Source: Bacteroidota bacterium
GTDB lineage: Bacteria > Bacteroidota > Bacteroidia > Chitinophagales > Chitinophagaceae
Direction: 5' to 3'
NCBI GenBank assembly: GCA_014190475.1
Contig: BJGL01000001.1
Location: 9,870 to 73,869 of the forward strand
DNA: 64,000 nucleotides
Positions 27,998 to 37,727 of this stretch are shown in pieces. Each line of letters begins with the position of its first letter. The stretch's first letter is position 1. The notes under the pieces were generated by a model that had not been told where the DNA came from, searched no databases, and was given only the letters and a program-made list of their open reading frames with translations. A program made the position numbers and the translations under genes.

Positions 27998-29380
27998 ATG
28001 CATCAATTGTCGGGTTGGGATGATACCATCGTAGCACTAGCCACACCTCCGGGAGTCGGGGCCATTGGGGTAATTCGTGTAAGCGGTCAGCAAGCACTCT
28101 CGATTGTTAGCAATTTGTTTCCCTCCAAGGATTTAGCTACGCTGCCCACACATACGGTGCATGTTGGTTTCTTACAAGCGGGTAATAAAGTGTTGGATGA
28201 GGTAGTAGTAACTCTTTTCAAATCGCCGCGTTCATATACAGGGGAGGATGTGGTAGAAATAAGTTGTCACGGTTCCCCTTTTGTGCAAAGACAGGTGGTC
28301 GATGCAATTGTGCAATTAGGAGCGCGGTTAGCCCGTCCTGGAGAATTTACACAACGCGCTTTTTTAAAGGGTAAGCTTGATCTCACACAAGCAGAAGCTG
28401 TTGCCGATCTTATTGCAGCTGGAACGCAAGCCGCACAGCGTGCTGCTTTACAGGGGCTGCGTGGTGGTTTTTCAGCGGAATTGAAACAACTCCGTGAACA
28501 GCTCATTCAGTTTTCGTCGCTCTTGGAGTTAGAGCTTGATTTTTCGCAGGAGGATGTAACATTTGCCGATCGTACACAGCTGAAAGATTTATTAACGCGG
28601 CTGGAGTCAGCCACCGATGCCTTGCTGGCTTCGTTCAAATTGGGTAATGTGATTAAAAATGGTGTGAGTGTGGCAATTGTGGGAAAGCCTAATGCTGGGA
28701 AAAGCACTCTCTTGAATAGTTTACTGAATGAAAACAGAGCTATTGTTAGTGAAATTGCAGGCACCACTAGAGATACTATTGAAGAAGTATTAAATATAGA
28801 GGGCGTTTTATTCAGACTAATAGATACTGCAGGTCTTCGTGCCAATACTGTTGATCAAATTGAACAAGTGGGTATTGAAAGAAGTTATGAAAAAATGAGA
28901 GCGGCCGATCTGGTGCTTTATTTATTTGATGTAGCCGATCCTGCTGAAGAAGTGAAGCAGTGGGCGATGGATGCGCAAGAACAGGGATTACGTTTTCTGT
29001 TGATTGGTAATAAAATTGATGTGGCGTCTGCCGATTCCATTCGTGCACGCTCCGCTCAATTACCTTTTTCGTCACTATTCATTGCTGCAAAAGACAAAAC
29101 AAATTTGGGTGCACTCAAAAAATCAATGTTGCAGGAAGTATTAAGTGGCCACGTGTTGCATGAGAATATTGTTATAACCAACGAACGTCATTTTCAGGCT
29201 TTGCAGCAGGTGGCTATGGCCTTGGCGGATACAAAAAAGGGAATCGAGGAGGGACTGGCCAGTGATTTAGTAGCCTTAGAGATACGAAGATGCTTGCAAT
29301 ATCTAGGTGAGATCACCGGGGAGATTACCAATGAGGAGCAACTTGACTTTATTTTTAGTAAGTTTTGTATCGGAAAGTAA
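27998..29380 (+). CDS. mnmE: tRNA uridine-5-carboxymethylaminomethyl(34) synthesis GTPase
   Basis: DTIVALATPPG N-terminus, G-domain GKPNAGKSTLLN / DTAG, and the C-terminal FCIGK tail. Confidence 0.95.
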   Translation: MHQLSGWDDTIVALATPPGVGAIGVIRVSGQQALSIVSNLFPSKDLATLPTHTVHVGFLQAGNKVLDEVVVTLFKSPRSYTGEDVVEISCHGSPFVQRQVVDAIVQLGARLARPGEFTQRAFLKGKLDLTQAEAVADLIAAGTQAAQRAALQGLRGGFSAELKQLREQLIQFSSLLELELDFSQEDVTFADRTQLKDLLTRLESATDALLASFKLGNVIKNGVSVAIVGKPNAGKSTLLNSLLNENRAIVSEIAGTTRDTIEEVLNIEGVLFRLIDTAGLRANTVDQIEQVGIERSYEKMRAADLVLYLFDVADPAEEVKQWAMDAQEQGLRFLLIGNKIDVASADSIRARSAQLPFSSLFIAAKDKTNLGALKKSMLQEVLSGHVLHENIVITNERHFQALQQVAMALADTKKGIEEGLASDLVALEIRRCLQYLGEITGEITNEEQLDFIFSKFCIGK

Positions 29381-29411
29381 CTTGATAAAAGTTCTATTAA
29401 AATAATCCTGC

Positions 29412-31520
29412 GTGGCAGCAACTGGTTTTCTACAAAACCCTATTGAGTATTTAAAAGGAGTAGGTCCTTTACGAGCCGACCTGCTAAAAAAAGAATTGGG
29501 CATATTTACCTATGAGGATTTGTTAAATCATTTTCCTTTCAGACATATTGACCGAACCAGTGTGAGTGCCATTGCTGCATTAAAACAAGAGGCAGATTTT
29601 GCACAGGTGGCCGGTGTTGTATTGCAAGTAGAAATATTGGGGCAACGTGCTGGCAAGCGGTTAGTGGCACAATTCAAAGACAAGACAGGGATTATGGAAC
29701 TCACCTGGTTTAAGGGGATCAACTGGATCCAAAAAACCATTATTCCCGGTCAATCATATTTAGTTTACGGACGCTTGGGCTTTTTTAATGGACGTCCTCA
29801 GTTTGTTCATCCAGAAGTTGAACGAATTGACGCGGCACAACCCATAGAGAAAAATTACTTGGAGCCCGTTTACTCAACTACGGAAAAGCTTAAGGCAAGG
29901 GGATTGGGAGGAAGGCAGTTAGCCAAGTTGACGCAGGCACTGATTACTCAATTATCGCCTGCCATTTTACCAGAAATTTTCTCTTTGTCTTTAGCTAAGG
30001 AATTGGGCTTAATGGGAAGACTAGAGGCCTACCAACAAATTCACTTTCCATTTAATGCAGAAAAAGCCAATCAAGCTTTGAAACGATTGAAGTTTGAAGA
30101 ATTTTTTATTGCCCAACTTCGGATACAGCTGGTTCGTGCGCAACGACATCATCAGTCTGCGGGTGTGGTGTTTGAAAAAGTGGGGGATGCATTCAATCGT
30201 TATTACTCCACCTGCTTACCATTTGAATTAACAGGTGCACAAAAACGAGTCTTAAAAGAAATTCGCACCGATACAGCAAAAGGTAGACAAATGAATCGGT
30301 TGCTCCAGGGGGATGTGGGGAGTGGTAAAACAATTGTAGCGCTGCTCGCGATGTTATTGGCAGTCGATAATGGATACCAGGCTTGCATCATGGCGCCCAC
30401 TGAAATTTTGGCGCAACAACATTTTGCCTCTTTTCAAGCATCACTTTCTTCAATTGGTTTGTCGGTTGCATTATTAACCGGTTCTACTAAAACGGCCGAG
30501 CGTAAAAAGTTATTAGCCGCCCTTGAGGAGGGAACACTTTCATTGTTGGTAGGTACGCATGCACTGATTGAAGAAACGGTACAATTTAAAAAGTTGGGGT
30601 TGGTTGTAATAGACGAGCAACATCGGTTTGGCGTAGCACAACGAGCACGATTATGGAAGAAAGCGACTGTGCCTCCCCATATTTTGGTGATGACGGCTAC
30701 ACCTATTCCTCGTACACTGGCTATGACAGCCTATGGAGATCTTGATTATAGCGTGATTGATGAACTACCTCCCGGACGTAAACCGATTCAAACCGTGCAC
30801 CGTTATGAAAAAGATCGGAGTCGTGTGATGGAATTTATCCGAACTGAAATTGCAAAGGGAAGACAGATCTATATTATTTATCCCTTAATTGAAGAGAGTG
30901 CAAAATTGGATTATGAAAATCTAATGAAGGGATATGAGGAAGTCAAGGCCTTTTTCCCGGAGCCTAACTATTGGATCAGTATGGTCCATGGTCGTCAACC
31001 GGCTGCACAAAAAGAAACCAATATGCAGCGCTTTGTAAGCGGGGATACGCAGATCATGGTAGCCACTACGGTCATTGAAGTGGGTGTGAATGTTCCGAAT
31101 GCCACTGTCATGCTGATTGAAAGTGCAGAGAAGTTTGGTCTATCACAATTACATCAGCTTCGCGGCAGGGTTGGTCGTGGTGCCGAAAAAAGTTATTGCG
31201 TACTCCTTACTCCTCCTGGTATTGGAAAGGAAGCTAACGAACGTATGAAGATCATGGTACAAACTTCAAGTGGTTTTGAAATTGCCGAAAAGGATCTTCA
31301 ATTACGGGGTCCCGGTGAAATTGAAGGAACCCGACAAAGTGGGGCGCTTAATTTTAAATTGGCCAGCGTCCTACATGATCGTCCCCTTTTGGAATATGCC
31401 CGGGAGCAGGCCGCTCGTATTTTGGACTTGGATCCCACCCTAGTAAAGCCTGAAAATCAGTTGTTGAGGGCTTATTTACAACAACAGAAAGGGCCTATTA
31501 ATTGGAGTAAAATATCCTAG
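29412..31520 (+). CDS. recG: ATP-dependent DNA helicase RecG
   Basis: 702 aa. LKGVGP wedge-domain N-terminus and helicase motifs GDVGSGKT, DEQHRFGV and QLHQLRGRVGRG. GTG start. Confidence 0.95.
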   Translation: MAATGFLQNPIEYLKGVGPLRADLLKKELGIFTYEDLLNHFPFRHIDRTSVSAIAALKQEADFAQVAGVVLQVEILGQRAGKRLVAQFKDKTGIMELTWFKGINWIQKTIIPGQSYLVYGRLGFFNGRPQFVHPEVERIDAAQPIEKNYLEPVYSTTEKLKARGLGGRQLAKLTQALITQLSPAILPEIFSLSLAKELGLMGRLEAYQQIHFPFNAEKANQALKRLKFEEFFIAQLRIQLVRAQRHHQSAGVVFEKVGDAFNRYYSTCLPFELTGAQKRVLKEIRTDTAKGRQMNRLLQGDVGSGKTIVALLAMLLAVDNGYQACIMAPTEILAQQHFASFQASLSSIGLSVALLTGSTKTAERKKLLAALEEGTLSLLVGTHALIEETVQFKKLGLVVIDEQHRFGVAQRARLWKKATVPPHILVMTATPIPRTLAMTAYGDLDYSVIDELPPGRKPIQTVHRYEKDRSRVMEFIRTEIAKGRQIYIIYPLIEESAKLDYENLMKGYEEVKAFFPEPNYWISMVHGRQPAAQKETNMQRFVSGDTQIMVATTVIEVGVNVPNATVMLIESAEKFGLSQLHQLRGRVGRGAEKSYCVLLTPPGIGKEANERMKIMVQTSSGFEIAEKDLQLRGPGEIEGTRQSGALNFKLASVLHDRPLLEYAREQAARILDLDPTLVKPENQLLRAYLQQQKGPINWSKIS

Positions 31521-31644
31521 CCAATTTTACGTTTCTTAAACAAATCAGTCATTCAATCGTCAAAAACAGGGGGAATACCTGTTCTTAACAGTTTTTTCCC
31601 AACCGGAGGCCTCTAAATTCGTTACTTTAAAGTAAACACTCCAA

Positions 31645-34600
31645 TTGCGGCTATTATTTTCCATATTACTCATGGGACTTGTGGGTTCCTTTTTGCAAGC
31701 GCAGGAGGCCATCCAATTTGTGGAGAACAAAGGACAATGGGATGCGGCTATTCGGTATCGGGGTGAAGTGTCTAATGGTGTTTTCTTTGTTCAGGATAGA
31801 GGGCATACCATTTTACAACACAGCCCCTCCGACCTATTGCGATTGCAGGCTGCAAAACATCATACCAACGATTCTTTTACAATTCGTTCTCATGCCTGGG
31901 AGGTTAGGTTCTTGACAAATGAGAGTCTTGAACAAAAGGTAAACTCAACGCTTATTCCAGAAAAAAAAGTACCGACCTATAACAATTATTTTTTAGGAAG
32001 TGATTCTTCCAAATGGGCAAGTGGATGTTCCATTTTCCAAGTGGTTTCTATCAAAGAAGTATATCCCAATATTGATGTACGCTATTACACCGATCGCGGC
32101 ACACTTAAATATGATTTTCTGGTAAAACCAGGAGGACGTGTGGAAGACATTTTGATTCAGTATAAAGGAGTAGATGGATTAGCGTTGAAAAATAAGGAAC
32201 TGGTGATTCAAACTTCGCTGGGTTCTTTTCGTGAGTCGGCTCCTTATACCTATCAGCCCACTGCCGCCGGTAGAGCAACGATTTCTTGTCGTTACAATTT
32301 GAAAGGTCAATTGCTACGTTTTGACGTGGGTGACTATGACAAATCACAACCTTTGGTAATTGATCCCTCTATTATTTTTTGTTCCTTTTCTGGAAGTACT
32401 GCAGACAATTGGGGATTTACCGCTACGTATGGTCCTGATGGTAGCCTATTTGCAGGAGGAATTGTTTTCAATGATGCGGGTCGATTCCCCACCACACTGG
32501 GAGCCATTCAATCAAATTTCCAAGGTGGCGAAACAGACATGTGCTTAATAAAACTGAGTCCCGATGGCAGTAATAGAATTTGGGCTACTTATTTAGGAGG
32601 ATCAGGAAACGAGCAGCCACATAGTCTAGTGGTGGACGGACAACAAAATTTATATTTAACCGGACGAACTAATTCTCCTAATACGGCTACCGGTTTTCCA
32701 GTGATTGGTAATGGAACTTTAGCAGGAGATGGTTTTGATATTGTGGTAGCTAAAATAAATTCAACGGGTACGGCTTTATTGGGCGCACGTAAAATTGGAG
32801 GTAGTGGTGCCGATGGTGTAAATATTGCTACTACACGTGCTTTGAATTCCTTGCAACGAAACTATGGCGACGATGGAAGAGGCGAGATCATACTTGATCA
32901 GGGTGGCAATGTTTGGATCACCTCACATTCTCAATCAGGGGGTGTAACACCTGGGTCTATAAAATTTCCTGTTACTGCGGGAGCCTTTCAAACAAATTTC
33001 GGCGGAGGCTTACAAGACGCCGTAGTACTAAAATTTTCAAATAATCTTTCTACCCTTCTTTTTGCAAGTTTTTTTGGTGGAGCTGCGAATGATGCCGGCT
33101 ATGTTTTATCTGTGAATCCCAGTAATGGAAATGTTTATTTGGGAGGTGGTACGGAAAGTTCCAATTTAATTCCTGCCACACAAACAGGTACTGTTATTGG
33201 TCCTGCTTTAGGTGGAACCATTGACGGATATTTAACTATCATCTCTCCAGATGGTGCTCAACGCTTACGCACTAGCTACATAGGGACTGCTGCTATAGAT
33301 CAGGTATTTGGTGTACAGTTTGACGTAAATGGATTTCCCTATGTAATGGGTCAGACAACTGGGGCTTGGCCCATTCAGAATGCAGTGTTTAATAATCCAG
33401 CAGGAAAACAATTTATTGCAAAGTTGCAGCCTGACCTTTCTGCATATGTTTATTCCACCGCATTCGGTTCGGGTTCCGTTATTCCAAATATTTCACCGGT
33501 TGCTTTTTTAGTGGATCGTTGTGAAAATGTATATATGTCTGGCTGGGGTGGAACTGGATTTGGTTCCGGATTTACCAGTGCGGGTACCGCAGGACTTCCT
33601 GTTACACCCGATGCATTCAAATCAAATACGGATGGCAAAGATTTTTACTTTTTTGTATTAAAGAAAGATGCTAGTGGTCAATTGTTCGGAAGCTTTTTTG
33701 GAGAAGACAACACGGTCAATGGGGGAAATGACCATGTGGACGGAGGCACTAGTCGATTTGATCGTAGTGGGGCAATCTATCAAGCAATTTGCGGGAACTG
33801 TTCCATTGGTAATGGACCACGACCTAATTATCCTGTAACAGCAGGAGCTTGGTCAACCACCAATAACTCAAGTGGAGCGGGTTGTAGTTTAACGATGGTA
33901 AAAATTGCCATGAATTTGGCAGGTGTTCAAAGTGCAGTTCGCTCGAGTATCAATAATGTGGCAGGGGATACGCTGGGTTGTGTGCCTTTAACGGTTGCAT
34001 TTCGGGATACGGTGGGGAATGCACAGACCTACGAATGGGATTTTGGAGACGGCTCACCTCGTGTCACGACCAATACACCTAACAATACGCACACATTTTC
34101 TGTTGTAGGAACCTATCGTGTGATGCTGATTGCCACGGATCCGGCTTCCTGTAATGGGAAAGATACCTCGTATGTGCAAATCAAAGTGGGTAACATTGAA
34201 GCAAATTTGAATTTCAATCCTGTTAAGTTAGCTCCCTGTACTTCTTTCAATTATCGATTTGATAATTTATCTACTACCTTGCCAGGCTATCCATTTCGTG
34301 CTAATTCCTTTGTTTGGAATTTTGGAGACGGCACAACATCAGTAACTGCCGGTCCTGGTCCTGTTTTACATAGCTATGCGGCACCTGGAAGTTATCCGGT
34401 TACACTTTATTTGGTGGACACCACTTATTGCAATGCGCCCGACTCTTTGCGGATCACAGTAACGGTTGCAGAAAATGTCAAGGCAGCTTTTACAACCGGT
34501 TCAATTGGTTGTGCTCCCTATAACGCTACTTTTACTAACACCTCCACTGCAGCACAAACGTATCAATGGATTTTTGGGGATGGGAATTCCTCTACTCAAT

Positions 34601-35244
34601 CGACGCCTACCCATACGTATACCACGCCGGGTACTTATCAAATTTTATTAATTGCCAATAACCCTAATACCTGTAACCTTACCGATACGGCTCGATTTAC
34701 CATACAAGTATTAGATGCTCCACAATCTAATTTTAGTTTTTCACCACTCACACCGATACCTAATACGCCCCATACTTTTACCAATCAATCCAGCCCTGAT
34801 GCCGTTCGCTTTAAGTGGACATTTGGAAACGGAGATAGCTTGATTACCACTTCAAGATTGCCCTTCACCTATCAATACCGTTCAGCAGGAACTTTCCAGG
34901 TTTGCTTGACTGCTTATAATCAGTTGGATTGCCCTCGTGTTTTTTGTAGAACAGTAGACGCCGCAATTAATCCTTTGGTGGATGTGCCATCTGCATTTAC
35001 ACCGCAAAGCGGTGATGTAAATAGTATTATACAAGTAAAGGGTTTTGGTATGGTGAAACTTAAATGGGAGATCTGGAACCGGTGGGGACAGAAAGTATTT
35101 GAAACCAGTGACCAATCTATTGGATGGGATGGCAAATACAAAGGAGTGTTGCAACCAATGGATGTATATATGTATACGTTAGCGGTGGAATTTTTTGATG
35201 GCCGGGTACTGAATAAAAAAGGAGATATTACATTAATTCGTTAA
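31645..35244 (+). CDS. large secreted beta-propeller (SBBP-like) / 4x PKD-domain protein with T9SS type-B C-terminal domain
   Basis: A TTG start gives a canonical signal peptide ((M)RLLFSILLMGLVGSFLQA|QE). SBBP-like repeats in the N-terminal ~750 aa. Four PKD signatures (WDFGDGS, WNFGDGT, WIFGDGN, WTFGNGD; ~33940-34960). The last ~88 aa (~34977-35241) match the gliding-motility type-B CTD pattern (VPSAFTP..GDVN....WEIWNRWGQKVFET...GWDGKYKG...DVYMYTL). Confidence 0.8.
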   Translation: MRLLFSILLMGLVGSFLQAQEAIQFVENKGQWDAAIRYRGEVSNGVFFVQDRGHTILQHSPSDLLRLQAAKHHTNDSFTIRSHAWEVRFLTNESLEQKVNSTLIPEKKVPTYNNYFLGSDSSKWASGCSIFQVVSIKEVYPNIDVRYYTDRGTLKYDFLVKPGGRVEDILIQYKGVDGLALKNKELVIQTSLGSFRESAPYTYQPTAAGRATISCRYNLKGQLLRFDVGDYDKSQPLVIDPSIIFCSFSGSTADNWGFTATYGPDGSLFAGGIVFNDAGRFPTTLGAIQSNFQGGETDMCLIKLSPDGSNRIWATYLGGSGNEQPHSLVVDGQQNLYLTGRTNSPNTATGFPVIGNGTLAGDGFDIVVAKINSTGTALLGARKIGGSGADGVNIATTRALNSLQRNYGDDGRGEIILDQGGNVWITSHSQSGGVTPGSIKFPVTAGAFQTNFGGGLQDAVVLKFSNNLSTLLFASFFGGAANDAGYVLSVNPSNGNVYLGGGTESSNLIPATQTGTVIGPALGGTIDGYLTIISPDGAQRLRTSYIGTAAIDQVFGVQFDVNGFPYVMGQTTGAWPIQNAVFNNPAGKQFIAKLQPDLSAYVYSTAFGSGSVIPNISPVAFLVDRCENVYMSGWGGTGFGSGFTSAGTAGLPVTPDAFKSNTDGKDFYFFVLKKDASGQLFGSFFGEDNTVNGGNDHVDGGTSRFDRSGAIYQAICGNCSIGNGPRPNYPVTAGAWSTTNNSSGAGCSLTMVKIAMNLAGVQSAVRSSINNVAGDTLGCVPLTVAFRDTVGNAQTYEWDFGDGSPRVTTNTPNNTHTFSVVGTYRVMLIATDPASCNGKDTSYVQIKVGNIEANLNFNPVKLAPCTSFNYRFDNLSTTLPGYPFRANSFVWNFGDGTTSVTAGPGPVLHSYAAPGSYPVTLYLVDTTYCNAPDSLRITVTVAENVKAAFTTGSIGCAPYNATFTNTSTAAQTYQWIFGDGNSSTQSTPTHTYTTPGTYQILLIANNPNTCNLTDTARFTIQVLDAPQSNFSFSPLTPIPNTPHTFTNQSSPDAVRFKWTFGNGDSLITTSRLPFTYQYRSAGTFQVCLTAYNQLDCPRVFCRTVDAAINPLVDVPSAFTPQSGDVNSIIQVKGFGMVKLKWEIWNRWGQKVFETSDQSIGWDGKYKGVLQPMDVYMYTLAVEFFDGRVLNKKGDITLIR

Positions 35245-35252
35245 AAGAGAAG

Positions 35253-36275
35253 ATGAAGCGTTTATTGACAATAGGATTTTTCTTTTTGGCGTTGCACTTG
35301 CAGGCGCAGGATCTTCATTTTTCTCAGTTTATGCAAACTCCCTTGCTAATCAATCCTGCTAATACTGGATTTATTCCGGATGGGGATTATCGGCTAGGAG
35401 TTAATTATAGAAATCAATGGGCATCCCTCTCTGCTTTCCCCTATAAAACCATGAGTGCGTATGGTGATTGGCAACTCTTGCAAAATCGTGAGGAAACGGG
35501 TTGGCTTGGAGCTGGTGGACTTTTGCTCAGAGATGTTGCAGGCACGAGTGTATTAACTTCTACCAAGTTATATGGTTCACTGGCTTATCATCAAATGATT
35601 AATAATGGAAGTTTGCTCAGCCTTGGTTTTAATGTAGGATGGGCTAACAAAAGAATCAATACGGCAAATCTTACTTTTCCTTCTCAATGGAACGGTCAAT
35701 TCTTTGATGTACATCAAAGTGCACAAGCTCCTTTGTTGAATGCCAATCAAACCAATTATCTGGATTTACAGGTGGGAATGAATTATGCTTATTTCCCCAG
35801 TTCGTCTGTTTATATTAATGCAGGATTTTCTGCGATGCACCTGAATAGACCTGTCGAAAGTTTTTGGGCCAGTGCAACGGGAATGGATAACCGAGTAGCC
35901 GTTCGTTATAACGGGTTTTTAAATGCCAGCTTTAAAGTAAATGATCAATTAATAGTCCAGCCTAATATTTATTATTCTCGTCAAGCTGATGCCTGGGAGG
36001 GAGTGGGTGGATTAGTGGCTTTATATAATGTGTCTGGTGATGGAGAGTATACCTTATCGGCAGGGGCCTATTACCGAATAAATGAGTCATTGATTCCACA
36101 AATTGGCCTTGGCATACGTCAACTACAGCTCAATTTTAGCTATGATGTGACGGCTTCTTCGCTTAAGAATTTTAATGATCGCCGGGGTGCCTTTGAACTG
36201 TCAATAACAAAACAAGGTATTGCTAATCCTTATCGAGGAAACCGCCAGCAGTCTCTTTGTCCAACTTTTCGCTGA
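35253..36275 (+). CDS. PorP/SprF-family T9SS outer-membrane protein
   Basis: Signal peptide, then QDLHFSQFMQTPLLINPANTGF, the hallmark N-terminus of the PorP/SprF family. 340-aa beta-barrel-like sequence, 8 nt after the type-B cargo gene. Confidence 0.85.
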   Translation: MKRLLTIGFFFLALHLQAQDLHFSQFMQTPLLINPANTGFIPDGDYRLGVNYRNQWASLSAFPYKTMSAYGDWQLLQNREETGWLGAGGLLLRDVAGTSVLTSTKLYGSLAYHQMINNGSLLSLGFNVGWANKRINTANLTFPSQWNGQFFDVHQSAQAPLLNANQTNYLDLQVGMNYAYFPSSSVYINAGFSAMHLNRPVESFWASATGMDNRVAVRYNGFLNASFKVNDQLIVQPNIYYSRQADAWEGVGGLVALYNVSGDGEYTLSAGAYYRINESLIPQIGLGIRQLQLNFSYDVTASSLKNFNDRRGAFELSITKQGIANPYRGNRQQSLCPTFR

Positions 36276-36323
36276 CTTTTCTTACTGCCTATTTATTCCG
36301 AAATTTGCCTCCAACCTATAACT

Positions 36324-37727
36324 ATGCCCAAACAGGGAAAACTAACCAATCAACACGTAAATCAGTTTCGGGAGATCCTTGGACCTGAGTTTGTTTTGCT
36401 GGATCAAGAAACGCTGGAACATTTTTCACATGATCAAACAGAAAATCTGCGTTTCTTACCGGAGGTAGTGGTTAAGCCTCGTACCCCAGAAGAGATTAGC
36501 GCAATTTTGAAAATATGTAATCAGGATTTAATTCCAGTTACGCCAAGAGGGGCAGGTACTGGACTAAGTGGGGGAGCATTGCCGCATCTGGGAGGCGTAT
36601 TGCTCAGCACGGAGCGTATGAATAGTATTCTTGAAATTGATGAACGCAATTTGCAAGTAATTACGGAACCCGGTGTGATCACTGAGGTTTTACAAAATGC
36701 AGTAAAGGCTAAAAAATTATTTTATCCGCCTGATCCCAGTAGCCGTGGATCCTGTTTTATCGGCGGAAATGTTGCGGAGAATAGCGGGGGACCCAAAGCA
36801 GTTAAGTACGGCGTAGTCAAAGATTATGTCCTGAATCTGGAAGTGGTGTTGCCTACCGGCGAAATAATCTGGACGGGTTCGAATGTGATAAAAAATGTAA
36901 CGGGTTATAATCTTACTCAGTTATTGGTAGGAAGTGAAGGCACTTTGGGAATTGTAACAAAGATTGTACTCAAGTTGATTCCGCTTCCCACGCATGATTT
37001 ATTGATGCTGGTTCCATTTCGTAATCTTGAGCAAGCGGGGGAGGCCGTTAGTGCCATTTTCAGAGCAGGGTTTACACCCAGTGCATTGGAATTAATTGAG
37101 ATTGATGCCTTACGTATAGTCAGTAAAATGGTAGATGATAGCGCCGTGCCTATTACCGATGATACGGCTGCACACCTGATTATTGAGGTAGATGGCAATG
37201 ATCCAGATGTATTGATGCGGGAGATGGAAGCGATCGGCGAGTTACTGACCCAGTATGATATTGGTGAAATATATTTTGCTGAAGATACAACACAGAAAGA
37301 GCGGTTATGGAAACTAAGAAGAAGGGCGGCTGAGGCAGTAAAATTGGTCGGCTATACTATCGAAGAAGACACGGTAGTGCCCCGTGCAGAGCTGCCTACT
37401 TTAATTCGTGAGTTAAAGGCTTTGGGGAAAAAGCATGAAGTGGATGTGGTCTGTTACGGACATGCGGGGGATGGCAATCTTCATGTGCGCTTACGTAAGG
37501 AGGGAACTCCCAATAGTTACGGGGATCCTGAAATGAAAAAAATATTGACAGAGTTGTTTGAAATTGTATATCGTTTGGGAGGTACTATCAGTGCCGAACA
37601 TGGTATTGGACTAATCCAGCGAGAATTCATGCCAATTGTATTCCAGGAAAAAAGTCTTGACCTGATGCGTGCCATAAAAAATGTTTTTGATCCAAATTCA
37701 ATACTAAATGCGGGCAAGGTTATTTAA
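36324..37727 (+). CDS. FAD-linked oxidase (GlcD / D-lactate dehydrogenase family)
   Basis: FAD-binding PCMH-type motifs (PRGAGTGLSGGA, GSEGTLGIVT) and C-terminal AEHGIG. 467 aa. Confidence 0.85.
   Translation: MPKQGKLTNQHVNQFREILGPEFVLLDQETLEHFSHDQTENLRFLPEVVVKPRTPEEISAILKICNQDLIPVTPRGAGTGLSGGALPHLGGVLLSTERMNSILEIDERNLQVITEPGVITEVLQNAVKAKKLFYPPDPSSRGSCFIGGNVAENSGGPKAVKYGVVKDYVLNLEVVLPTGEIIWTGSNVIKNVTGYNLTQLLVGSEGTLGIVTKIVLKLIPLPTHDLLMLVPFRNLEQAGEAVSAIFRAGFTPSALELIEIDALRIVSKMVDDSAVPITDDTAAHLIIEVDGNDPDVLMREMEAIGELLTQYDIGEIYFAEDTTQKERLWKLRRRAAEAVKLVGYTIEEDTVVPRAELPTLIRELKALGKKHEVDVVCYGHAGDGNLHVRLRKEGTPNSYGDPEMKKILTELFEIVYRLGGTISAEHGIGLIQREFMPIVFQEKSLDLMRAIKNVFDPNSILNAGKVI

Noticed and set aside
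31565-31597. Mutually exclusive hairpins downstream of recG that resemble a terminator/antiterminator switch ahead of the T9SS cargo gene. AACAGG/CCTGTT competes with CTGTT/AACAG, and the latter is followed by T6.
   Set aside because: The stems are only 5-6 bp with 2-3 GC pairs, and there is no leader ORF or recognisable ligand-binding fold. This is most simply a weak recG terminator. It is too marginal to call an attenuator without conservation data.
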